Assembly: GCA_038736825.1 (NCBI GenBank)
Contig: JAVYME010000042.1
Span: forward strand, 1 to 8,347
Direction of reading: 5' to 3'
DNA from: Candidatus Iainarchaeum sp.
GTDB lineage: Archaea; Iainarchaeota; Iainarchaeia; Iainarchaeales; DTGL01
DNA length: 8,347 nt
The position numbers and the translations under genes were made by a program. Shown here in pieces: positions 1 through 8,321 of this stretch; within the stretch, counting starts at the first letter, position 1; the number at the start of each line of letters is the position of its first letter. The notes below the pieces were generated by a model that searched no databases, had not been told where the DNA came from, and saw only the letters and a program-made list of their open reading frames with translations.

Positions 1-220
1 TGCCTTTGCTATTGCGTCAATTACAAAGTTCTCTCCAAGCCCGAGCTCTTTGCTCTTGTATTGTGGTCCGAGAGAGCACCTTGCAGGATTGTTCAAAAAG
101 GCAAAGCCAGAAGAACTGCAAAAAATTGTTTATTTGTGCCAGGGCTCTCTCGGACCACAATACAAGAGCAAAGAGCTCGGGCTTGGAGAGAACTTTGTAA
201 TTGACGCAATAGCAAAGGCA
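1..220. repeat. Perfect 77-bp inverted repeat at the left window edge (arms 1-77 and 144-220, non-palindromic 66-nt spacer 78-143)
   Basis: Checked base by base: position i is complementary to position 221-i for every i from 1 to 77, and the pairing breaks at 78/143 (a/g). The right arm lies in conserved ligase coding sequence (QGSLGPQYKSKELGLGENFVIDAIAKA). The left arm is its exact reverse complement. Confidence 0.95.
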
Positions 221-1840
221 ACAGGGCATAGTGAGGCAAAAATAAAGTCTGTTTACAGGGAGCGCGGAGACCTGGGAACAGCGGCAATGGAATTAGTGCA
301 ATCCAAAGCGCAAAAATCCCTTTTCGTGCAAGCACTTGACCTTGAAAAGGTTTACTCCAATCTTCAAAAGATTTCGGTTGCAGAAGGCCCTGGCTCACAG
401 GAACTGAAAAAAAGACTGGTTGCAGAGCTCTTGAATTCAGCTCAACCGCTTGAAGCCAAATTCATTACAAGGATTGCGCTTGAATCCTTGCGCTTGGGGG
501 CAGGCGATCCAACAATAATGGATGCTCTCGCTGAAAACAATTTGGAGGAATTCAGGCAAAAAGAAAAAGCCTTGGAAAAAGAATTATCGGAAAAATATCA
601 AGGCGAAGAGCTTCACAGGCAAATAAGAATGAAGCTTAGAGAGCGCATTGAGGCAAAATACAACATTCACTCAGACTTGGGGGTTATAGCAAAACTGCTT
701 GCAGAAAAAGGCCTTAAGGGATTAGATGAAATCAAAATTTCCATTGGAATCCCCATAAGGCCGACTCTTGCTGAAAGGCTTTCAAGTGCAGAGGAAATAA
801 TTGAAAAGCTTGGCGAGTGCGCTGTTGAGGCAAAAATAGACGGTTTCAGGCTTCAAGTGCACCGCGAAAAGGAAAAGGTTTTGATTTTTTCCAGAAGGCA
901 GGAGGACATGACAAAAATGTTTCCAGAAATAGTGGAGGCAGTGAAAAAACAGCTAAAGCCAGAGCGTGCAATAATTGAGGGGGAAGCAATAGCCTATTCA
1001 GAGGAAAGCGATGAATTCCAGCCGTTTCAAGTGACAATCCAGCGCAAAAGAAAATATGGGGTTGGCGAGTTTGCAAAAAAGTTTCCTTTAAGGTTGTTTG
1101 CCTTTGATGTAATGCTTGTGAATGAAAAGAATTTGATGGAATTGCCGTTCAGGGAGCGAAGAAAGGAACTGGAAAAAATAATCGTTAAAGGCGATGCAAT
1201 AAGGCTTACAGACATGATAATCACAAGCGATCCAGTGGAACTCAACAAATACTTCAATCTTTGCGTGCAAAAAGGGCTTGAGGGAATAATTGCAAAGGAT
1301 TTGAATGAAAAATACATTGCTGGAGCCAGAAAATTTGCATGGATAAAATTAAAGCGCTCTTACAAGGGCGAATTGTCTGACACAGTGGATGCAGTAATCA
1401 TTGGCTATTATAAGGGGAAAGGGCAGCGCACAGAATTCGGCCTTGGAACCCTTTTAGTGGCAGTTTACAATCCAGAAGCCAATCGTTTTGAGTCAATTGC
1501 AAAAATTGGCACTGGAATGAGCGAAAAACAGCTTTCAGACTTGGAGGCAATGCTGAAAAAAATTGCAGTGAAAAAAAAGCCTGTTGCAGTTGAATCCGGT
1601 CTTGAACCGGATGTATGGGTTGAACCAAAATATGTGGTTGAAGTGCGCGCTGATGAAATCACTGAAAGCCCAGTGCATGTGGCTGCACGCGAAAACGGCA
1701 ACAGCGGGCTTGCATTGCGCTTTCCAAGGCTGGTTTCATTGCGTTCTGACAAAAAACCGGAAGAGGCAACCACTTCAAGGGAAATCAGGCAAATGTTTTT
1801 GAACCAAAGGAAAACAGAAAACGCGGAGGCAGAATTTTGA
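50..1840 (+). CDS. lig: ATP-dependent DNA ligase (archaeal/eukaryotic Lig1-type), 5' end not intact
   Basis: The 596-aa ORF has the adenylation motif I, EAKIDGFR (Lys codon 833-835). Other ligase blocks are EGEAIAY, LFAFDV, EGIIAK, WIKLK and a C-terminal OB-fold block LRFPRLVSLRSDK. The N-terminal DNA-binding-domain block is LAGLFKKAKPEELQKIVYLCQGSLGP...ELGLGENFVIDAIAKATG. The frame is open to nt 2, but genuine ligase sequence starts only around nt 77-78, because 1-77 is an inverted copy. About 20-25 N-terminal residues expected from archaeal ligases are absent, and the TTG at 50 is not a credible native start. Confidence 0.9.
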   Translation: MLLYCGPREHLAGLFKKAKPEELQKIVYLCQGSLGPQYKSKELGLGENFVIDAIAKATGHSEAKIKSVYRERGDLGTAAMELVQSKAQKSLFVQALDLEKVYSNLQKISVAEGPGSQELKKRLVAELLNSAQPLEAKFITRIALESLRLGAGDPTIMDALAENNLEEFRQKEKALEKELSEKYQGEELHRQIRMKLRERIEAKYNIHSDLGVIAKLLAEKGLKGLDEIKISIGIPIRPTLAERLSSAEEIIEKLGECAVEAKIDGFRLQVHREKEKVLIFSRRQEDMTKMFPEIVEAVKKQLKPERAIIEGEAIAYSEESDEFQPFQVTIQRKRKYGVGEFAKKFPLRLFAFDVMLVNEKNLMELPFRERRKELEKIIVKGDAIRLTDMIITSDPVELNKYFNLCVQKGLEGIIAKDLNEKYIAGARKFAWIKLKRSYKGELSDTVDAVIIGYYKGKGQRTEFGLGTLLVAVYNPEANRFESIAKIGTGMSEKQLSDLEAMLKKIAVKKKPVAVESGLEPDVWVEPKYVVEVRADEITESPVHVAARENGNSGLALRFPRLVSLRSDKKPEEATTSREIRQMFLNQRKTENAEAEF

Positions 1841-1874
1841 GCTGTCTTTTTGCAGTGTTTTCGGAGTGGTTTTA

Positions 1875-2126
1875 ATGGCAAGGCCTTTTTTGATTGAAAG
1901 AGTGTTGCTTTTCGTTTTCACTTTTCTGGTGGTTGTTTATATTGGCGTTCAATTGTTCAACTGGCGCTCTGACTTGTTCAAGTATTTTTTGCAGGCGGAA
2001 AAATGGCCTGAACTGGTTTTCCTTTTAGCGATTTCCTTTCTTATAACCAATGTTCTTGCAAGACTGCTGCAGTGGGAGTACAGGATTGAGTCCGGCATGA
2101 ACAGGCCGCCAAAGGCACAACGCTAG
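1875..2126 (+). CDS. Small hypothetical membrane protein (about 83 aa, two predicted TM helices)
   Basis: There are two hydrophobic stretches, VLLFVFTFLVVVYIGVQLF and LVFLLAISFLITNVLARLL. GGAG at 1863-1866 lies 8 nt upstream of the ATG at 1875; the ORF track starts at GTG 1866. I recognise no family. The ORF is on the same strand as lig and 25-35 nt downstream of it. Confidence 0.5.
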   Translation: MARPFLIERVLLFVFTFLVVVYIGVQLFNWRSDLFKYFLQAEKWPELVFLLAISFLITNVLARLLQWEYRIESGMNRPPKAQR

Positions 2127-2810
2127 CTATTTTTTTTCCAAAACCGCTTTTTTTACCAAAAACTCGCCTCTCAATCCATTCCATTTTTTTTCTGTTTTGA
2201 TTATTTTTATTTTTTTCTTGAACAGAGGGCAGTCAACCACCAGGGTTTCAATTTCGCCTCCCTCGCCAAGAGGCGAAATGCTGAATTTTTTTTGCAATTC
2301 CTCCAATTCAATGATTTCTTTTTTCCCAATTGTTTTTCCAAGCCAGTTTTCATTCAAGCCGCCAGCGTAAACCCCAACCACTATTATTTTGAATCCGTTG
2401 GAAACCATTTCTTTTAGGAGTGCGGTGTTGTTTTTTCCCCATAGGGGAGACAAACACTTTTGTCCAATATTTTGTGCTATTCTGTCGATTCTTTCTTTTT
2501 GGTATTTTGATGCTATTGCGCCTGAAAGAATGCCTTCTGTTCTGTGTTTTTTCACAATGCCTTTCAGTGCTTTTTCGAGATCCAAAAGCTCTTTTTCCTT
2601 TTCCCCAGAGGTTTTTCTCTCCACGAGCGGAAAACCCATTGCCTTTGCCCCGAAAACAGCAAGGTTAAGGTTGGGCACATGGAACATGAAAGAATCGGTT
2701 TTCTCTGGAAACATTGTCAAAAGGCATTCAATGGAATGCCCTTCCTTTAACGCCAGCCATATGGCATAAGTGGAATCCTTTCCCCCAGAATACAATGCTG
2801 TAAGCCGCAT
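2127..2810 (-). CDS. dph6: Diphthine-ammonia ligase-like PP-loop ATPase (MJ0570 / ATP_bind_4 family, archaeal Dph6 type, single domain)
   Basis: The 227-aa ORF starts MRLTALYSGGKDS, the SGGxDS PP-loop motif. It also carries the family-typical blocks SGAIASKYQKERIDRIA, LSPLWGK and GEGGEIETLVVDCPLF. Its length matches the stand-alone archaeal form. Confidence 0.8.
   Translation of the reverse strand: MRLTALYSGGKDSTYAIWLALKEGHSIECLLTMFPEKTDSFMFHVPNLNLAVFGAKAMGFPLVERKTSGEKEKELLDLEKALKGIVKKHRTEGILSGAIASKYQKERIDRIAQNIGQKCLSPLWGKNNTALLKEMVSNGFKIIVVGVYAGGLNENWLGKTIGKKEIIELEELQKKFSISPLGEGGEIETLVVDCPLFKKKIKIIKTEKKWNGLRGEFLVKKAVLEKK
2130..2154 (+). terminator. Oligo-T tracts (T8 at 2130-2137, T7 at 2148-2154) immediately after the + strand ORF stop; candidate archaeal terminator embedded in the 3' end of the opposing gene
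   Basis: The T runs begin 4 nt after the TAG at 2124-2126. On the minus strand they are the Lys codons of the Dph6-like C-terminus. Archaeal termination commonly uses T5 or longer tracts. Confidence 0.3.
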
Positions 2811-2833
2811 TGAAATAGTGGATTGCGAAAAAA

Positions 2834-2844
2834 TTAAATTATTT
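2834..2844 (-). promoter_or_regulatory. TATA-like box for the dph6-like gene
   Basis: The minus strand reads AAATAATTTAA about 24-34 nt upstream of the ATG at 2810, which would imply a very short or absent leader. Confidence 0.3.
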
Positions 2845-2941
2845 CAGTGTTTGCTCTTGGCTCTTTGATAGAAAAACAGCTAGTGAAAGTGGTTAGCTTA
2901 AAGCCGCTGGCAAGGCAGCAAAGCAATTTCACCCAAAAAAG

Positions 2942-2949
2942 TATTAATT
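2942..2949 (+). promoter_or_regulatory. TATA-like box (TATTAATT) preceded by an A-rich BRE-like tract, candidate gatD promoter
   Basis: It lies about 34-41 nt upstream of the gatD ATG at 2983, in the 172-nt divergent intergenic region 2811-2982. Confidence 0.3.
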
Positions 2950-2982
2950 TGTTATCCTCCTATTAGATTAGGCTTGATGTGA

Positions 2983-4302
2983 ATGCATTCCATTGGTTCC
3001 CTGCTCAAAAAATTTTCTGTTGCAGAAAATGACAAGGTGAGAGTGGAAGCAGAGCAAGGCTTTTTTCAAGGCTTTATTTTGCCTTCAAGCGGAAAAAGCC
3101 TTTGCCTGAAACTGGATTCAGGCTACAATATAGGCATTGCCATTGAAAAAATAAAATCAATTGAAAAAATCTCTTCCGGAACAAAAATTGAAAAAAAGGA
3201 AAGCAAGCAGACAGTTTTTACTGAAAACAAGGAACTGCCCTTGATAAGCATTGTTCACAGCGGCGGCACAATTGCAAGCAAAGTGGACTACAAAAACGGC
3301 GGCGTTACAGCAAAGTATTCGCCGTCAGACATAATTGCAATGTTTCCAGAGCTTTCAAGCATTGCTAGGCTGAACACGGTTTTTTTGAGCAGCATTATGT
3401 CCGAAGACTTGGGGTTTTCACATTACCCGAAAATTGCCGTTGCAATAAAAAAAGAAATAGAAAATGGGGCTGAAGGCATAATCTTGACTCATGGCACTGA
3501 CACACTGCATTACACTTCCGCTGCACTCTCGTTCATGTTTGAAGAACTGCCAGTGCCAGTGATTTTGGTTGGATCACAGAGAAGCAGTGACAGGCCAAGC
3601 AGTGACGCCGGCACCAACCTTTTGTGCGCTGCAAACTTTATTGCAAAAACCGATTTTGCCGGAATTGCAATTTGCATGCATGCTTCAACATCCGATGGAA
3701 AGTGCCACATTCTTCCAGGCACAAAGACTAGAAAAATGCACACCTCTCGCAGGGACGCCTTTAAGGCAATCAACGCTGAACCTATTGCAGAAATAGATGC
3801 TTTTTCCGGGGAAATAAAGTTCAACTTGAAAGAATTCCAAAAGAAAAACAATTCCAAAAAATGCATTGTAAGAGACAAGTTTGAAGCAAAAGTAAGCATT
3901 CTCAAGGCAAGACCAAACCTTTTGCCTGAAGAAATAGACTTTTACAGGAAAGCCGGTTTCAAGGGCTTGGTGCTGGAAACAAGCGGCATAGGCCACATGC
4001 CAATGAACATTGAAGAAAACTCTGAAAACAAAAAAGCCCTCCAGGCATTGATTGATTCGGGTTGCATTGTTTGCGCTACAAGCCAGTGCATTTATGGAAG
4101 GGTTCACGAGCACATTTATGCAAACTCTCGCGCACTGCACTCTCTTGGAGTGATTTTCCTTGAAGACATGACAACAGAAACTGCCCTAATAAAGCTTGCT
4201 TGGCTTTTAGGCAACGAACCAAAAAAGGCAGCAGAATTGATGCCACAAAACCTGCGCGGTGAAATCTCTGAGCGCAGGCAAGCAGGCGATTTTGAGCCCT
4301 GA
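2983..4302 (+). CDS. gatD: Glutamyl-tRNA(Gln) amidotransferase subunit D (GatD)
   Basis: The 439-aa ORF has an N-terminal GatD-specific domain (KLDSGYNIGIAIEKI) followed by an asparaginase-like domain with HSGGTIAS and HGTDTLHYT threonine motifs. This architecture is specific to archaeal GatD. The in-frame sequence ATG-TGA-ATG at 2977-2985 fixes the start at 2983. Confidence 0.92.
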   Translation: MHSIGSLLKKFSVAENDKVRVEAEQGFFQGFILPSSGKSLCLKLDSGYNIGIAIEKIKSIEKISSGTKIEKKESKQTVFTENKELPLISIVHSGGTIASKVDYKNGGVTAKYSPSDIIAMFPELSSIARLNTVFLSSIMSEDLGFSHYPKIAVAIKKEIENGAEGIILTHGTDTLHYTSAALSFMFEELPVPVILVGSQRSSDRPSSDAGTNLLCAANFIAKTDFAGIAICMHASTSDGKCHILPGTKTRKMHTSRRDAFKAINAEPIAEIDAFSGEIKFNLKEFQKKNNSKKCIVRDKFEAKVSILKARPNLLPEEIDFYRKAGFKGLVLETSGIGHMPMNIEENSENKKALQALIDSGCIVCATSQCIYGRVHEHIYANSRALHSLGVIFLEDMTTETALIKLAWLLGNEPKKAAELMPQNLRGEISERRQAGDFEP

Positions 4303-4334
4303 TTTTTTTTTTAAGTGGAATGCGTTTTGCATTC
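4303..4334 (+). terminator. T10 tract directly after the gatD stop, followed by a short hairpin (GAATGC-GTTTT-GCATTC, 4318-4334)
   Basis: Ten consecutive T at 4303-4312 follow the TGA at 4300-4302. The 6-bp perfect stem with a 5-nt loop is at 4318-4334. Confidence 0.45.
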
Positions 4335-4352
4335 GTGTGCTTTCGCGATACC

Positions 4353-4360
4353 TTTAAATT
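4353..4360 (+). promoter_or_regulatory. TATA box-like TTTAAATT, candidate promoter of the pyr operon
   Basis: It lies 32-39 nt upstream of the only possible pyrB start (TTG 4392). That spacing predicts a leaderless or near-leaderless transcript. Confidence 0.4.
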
Positions 4361-4391
4361 TCTTTCAGGCTTTACGTAATAGCGGGTTTGA

Positions 4392-5811
<1,420 letters not shown>

Positions 5812-5815
<4 letters not shown>

Positions 5816-7113
5816 GCATGGCATCAGAAAAACCACAGCTTGTTTTAAAAAACTGCAAGGCTTTTGTTGAAGGCAAAATTTCAGAATGCAATATTGGCAT
5901 TTCCGAAGGCAAAATTGTTGCAGTAAAAAAAATACTTGAAGGCGAGCAAAGCATTGATTGCTCGCACAAACTGGTTTTGCCAGGCGCAATAGACATTCAC
6001 GTGCATTTCCGGGTTCCAGGCGAAGAATGGAAGGCTGACTGGAAGCATGAAAGCATGGCAGCCCTTCACGGAGGCATAACTTCAGTCATGGACATGCCCA
6101 ACAACAAGCCCAGCATTTGCTCTGCAGAAGTGCTTGAACTCAAGAGAAGGGTTGTTTCAAGAAAGGCAGGAGTGGATTTCAGCCTTCATTTTGGGGCAAG
6201 CCCAAAACACCTTGAAGAAATTCAAAAAGCGAAGGATTTCGCTGCAGTCAAAATCTATATGGGTTCAAGCACTGGCAGCCTTTTGGTGCTGGAAAGAGAA
6301 GACCAAGCAAAGGCTTTCTCGCTTGCCAAAGCAGCAGACAGCGTGGTAATGGTTCACGCAGAAGAAGAAAAAACAATCAAGGAAAGCGCGGAAAAAGCCA
6401 GAAAAAAAGGCTGGAATCACGCAAAATTCCACTCTCAAATAAGGCCGCCGGAAGCAGAACACAAAGCCGTGAAGAGAGCGCTTGCATTGTGTGCTGAAAC
6501 AGGGGCAAAACTCCATGTTTGCCATGTTTCAAGCGCAGAAACGCTTTCCCAAGTAATGCAGGCAAAAAAATGGGGTTCTGTCACTTGTGGAGTCACACCA
6601 CACCATCTTTTCCTTTCATCAGAGGATGCAAAAAAACTAGGCAATCTTGTCAAGGTTAATCCTCCGCTTCACTCAAGGCATAACAGGGCAATGCTTTGGG
6701 AGGCATTAAGGGAAGGCAAATTTGACATAATCGAATCAGACCATGCTCCGCACACGCAGGATGAAAAACAGGCATCCTATTGGGATGCCCCCTCTGGAGT
6801 GCCAGGCGTGGAAACAATGCTTCCACTGTTGCTTGACGCGCACAACCGCAAACTGGTGAGCATTGAAACAATTGCAAAATGCTTGTGCGAAAACCCTGCA
6901 AAGCTTTTCGGATTAAGGGAAAAAGGCTTTATTGCCAAGGGAAAAAGCGCAGACCTTGCAGTGATTGATTTGAAGAGAGAGCACAGAATAGATTCTGGAA
7001 AAATGTTCACCAAGTGTGGGTGGACGCCTTTTGAGGGCTGGCGTTTGAAGGGCTTTGTGGAAAAAACCTTTTTGCGAGGCGAATTAAGGCAAGAAGAAGG
7101 CGAAATAATCTAG
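5812..7113 (+). CDS. pyrC: Dihydroorotase (class I amidohydrolase type)
   Basis: The ORF has the metal ligands DIHVHFR (HxH) and the blocks GGITSVMDMPNNKP, AVKIYM (candidate carboxylated Lys), VHAEE, CHVSS and SDHAPH. GTG 5812 overlaps the pyrI stop (GTGA), and ATG 5818 is an alternative start. Confidence 0.9.
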
Positions 7114-7149
7114 GAAAAGTGAAAAGATTTTTTTAAGGGGGTGTTTTTG

Positions 7150-7791
7150 GTGAATGCGGAAAATGTTGCAGAAATATTGCTTGACATAAAGGCAGTGACT
7201 TTAAGCCCGAACAAGCCTTACAGGTATGCTTCTGGAATCCTTTCACCAATTTACACTGACAACCGTCTTTTAATGGGCTATCCAGAGCACAGAAAAAAAA
7301 TAATTGGAGCAATGGCTGACCTTATTGAAAAAAGAAAAATCAGGTTTGATGTTGTAGCCGGCACTGCCACAGCCGGAATACCGCACGCAGCATGGCTGGC
7401 TGAAAAAACCGGAAAACCAATGGTTTACGTGCGAAGCGAGGAAAAACAGCACGGCAAGCAAAACAAAATAGAAGGATTGATTGAAAAGGGCTGGAAAGCC
7501 ATTGTAGTTGAAGACCTTGTAAGCACTGGAGGAAGCTCGGTTGAAACAGTTAAAGGGCTTCGAGCAGCAGGACTTAAAGCAGAAGACATAATTGCAATCT
7601 TCACTTACAACATGAAGGCTGCAACAGACAAATTCCTTGCAGAAAAAATATCCCTTTTCGCATTAACAGATTTTTCCACACTGATAAGCGTTGCAGCAAG
7701 AAAAAAATACATTTCAGAGCAAGAAAAGGAAATCGTTCTAGAATGGAACAGGGATCCTCAAAATTGGGGCAAAAAAATGGGTTTTGAGTGA
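7150..7791 (+). CDS. pyrE: Orotate phosphoribosyltransferase
   Basis: The ORF has the PRPP-binding motif VVEDLVSTGGS and the N-terminal block SGILSPIYTDNR. An SD-like AAGGGGGTG at 7135-7143 favours GTG 7150; the ORF track begins at GTG 7141. Confidence 0.9.
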   Translation: MNAENVAEILLDIKAVTLSPNKPYRYASGILSPIYTDNRLLMGYPEHRKKIIGAMADLIEKRKIRFDVVAGTATAGIPHAAWLAEKTGKPMVYVRSEEKQHGKQNKIEGLIEKGWKAIVVEDLVSTGGSSVETVKGLRAAGLKAEDIIAIFTYNMKAATDKFLAEKISLFALTDFSTLISVAARKKYISEQEKEIVLEWNRDPQNWGKKMGFE

Positions 7792-7799
7792 GGCAGAAA

Positions 7800-8207
7800 A
7801 TGAATTACTGTGAATTCTTGGAAAAAAGCGCGAGAGAACGCAAAAGCATTGCCTGTGTCGGCATAGACCCAGTGCTTGAAAAAATACCCATAAAAGGCAA
7901 TGCAGTTCAGGAAACCCTGTTGCTTTTTTATGGCGGAATCCTTGACGCCTTTGAATCAGAACAGGAATGGCCTGCAGCCTTCAAGCCAAACTATGCCTTT
8001 TTTGCACAATACGGTTTTGAAGGATTGAAAGCATTGCAAAAAATAAAAGCCAGCAGAAAATTAGCATCATTTGAATCATACATGGGATGTGCAAATGGAG
8101 TGTGCCTCTCCTGCGTGATAAAGATAAGAAATGGAAAAGATTTTGATTATGTCAGGGTCTGTAAGGAAGGAACGGTCTTTGAACTGGACAGAGTCCAGAT
8201 AATTTAA
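7800..8207 (+). CDS. Chimeric ORF: N-terminal fragment of subfamily-2 OMP decarboxylase (PyrF) fused in frame to a PyrK-type [2Fe-2S] C-terminal module; probable gene remnant or assembly chimera
   Basis: The N-terminal part has SIACVGIDPVLEKIP and AAFKPNYAFFAQYGFEGLKAL, which are PyrF subfamily-2 signatures. The DxKxxD block and the rest of the barrel are missing. The C-terminal part reads FESYMGCANGVCLSCV...VRVCKEGTVFELD, matching the PyrK pattern M-x-C-G-x-G-x-C-x-x-C...V-C-x-D-G-P-V-F, with Cys codons at 8088, 8103, 8112 and 8160. The junction lies around 8049-8069. ATG 7800 has an SD-like GAGG at 7790-7793; the alternative GTG 7788 overlaps the pyrE stop. Confidence 0.65.
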   Translation: MNYCEFLEKSARERKSIACVGIDPVLEKIPIKGNAVQETLLLFYGGILDAFESEQEWPAAFKPNYAFFAQYGFEGLKALQKIKASRKLASFESYMGCANGVCLSCVIKIRNGKDFDYVRVCKEGTVFELDRVQII

Positions 8208-8248
8208 GATTTATGATTTGAAAACAAAAATTAGATGGTAAGCGATAA

Positions 8249-8278
8249 GAATCTTCAAATCTTCGGATTCAAAGATTC
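8249..8278. other. Imperfect hairpin capped by a TTCG (UUCG) tetraloop
   Basis: The outer 7-bp stem pairs 8249-8255 with 8272-8278. A 2x2 internal loop separates it from the inner 4-bp stem (8258-8261 with 8266-8269), and the loop TTCG is at 8262-8265. The hairpin is built from AATCTTC x2 on the left and GATTCAAA x2 (8266-8281) on the right. Confidence 0.6.
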
Positions 8279-8282
8279 AAAG

Positions 8283-8321
8283 CCTCTCCTCTCCCTTGAT
8301 GGGAGAGGGAAAGGGAGAGGG
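8283..8321 (+). other. Pyrimidine/purine inverted repeat containing a 21-nt homopurine mirror repeat that is also a G3N3G3N3G3N3G3 quadruplex motif
   Basis: Positions 8301-8321 read GGGAGAGGGAAAGGGAGAGGG, which is identical read forwards and backwards and has four G3 runs with 3-nt loops. The tract 8283-8295, CCTCTCCTCTCCC, can pair with it: 8290-8295 with 8301-8306 and 8283-8289 with 8314-8320. That gives 13 bp with a 7-nt bulge. Confidence 0.8.

Noticed and set aside
1-220. Hairpin-telomere or terminal inverted repeat of a linear replicon or mobile element
   Set aside because: A covalently closed hairpin end read through would give a palindrome with no spacer. Here the arms are separated by 66 nt of non-palindromic, ligase-coding sequence, and the repeat arm is itself ligase coding sequence. 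No transposase or matching distal TIR is present at the other end of the window.
6-229. ORFs 6-200(+) and 17-229(-), whose translations are near mirror images of each other
   Set aside because: They are a direct consequence of the 77-bp inverted repeat, because each arm is read on the opposite strand. They overlap the ligase frame, and I recognise no family and see no coding signal in them.
7114-7149. Direct repeat GAAAAG-T-GAAAAG and a T7 run in the pyrC-pyrE spacer, considered as a regulatory site or attenuator
   Set aside because: The spacer is short (27-36 nt) and A/T-rich, and the 6-mer repeat is trivial. It is most simply a spacer carrying the pyrE ribosome-binding site (AAGGGGGTG).
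8184-8198. Stem-loop CTGGAC-AGA-GTCCAG just before the final stop codon
   Set aside because: It is a 6-bp stem with a 3-nt loop inside coding sequence (ELDRVQ), which is short enough to arise by chance. No T tract follows it.
8258-8282. tRNA T-arm-like string GGATTCAAAGATTC, raising the possibility of a tRNA or tRNA fragment
   Set aside because: There is no acceptor stem, D-arm or anticodon arm around it, and the stem does not match a GGTTCRANYCC T-loop geometry. It is better explained as tandem GATTCAAA repeats forming the hairpin arm.
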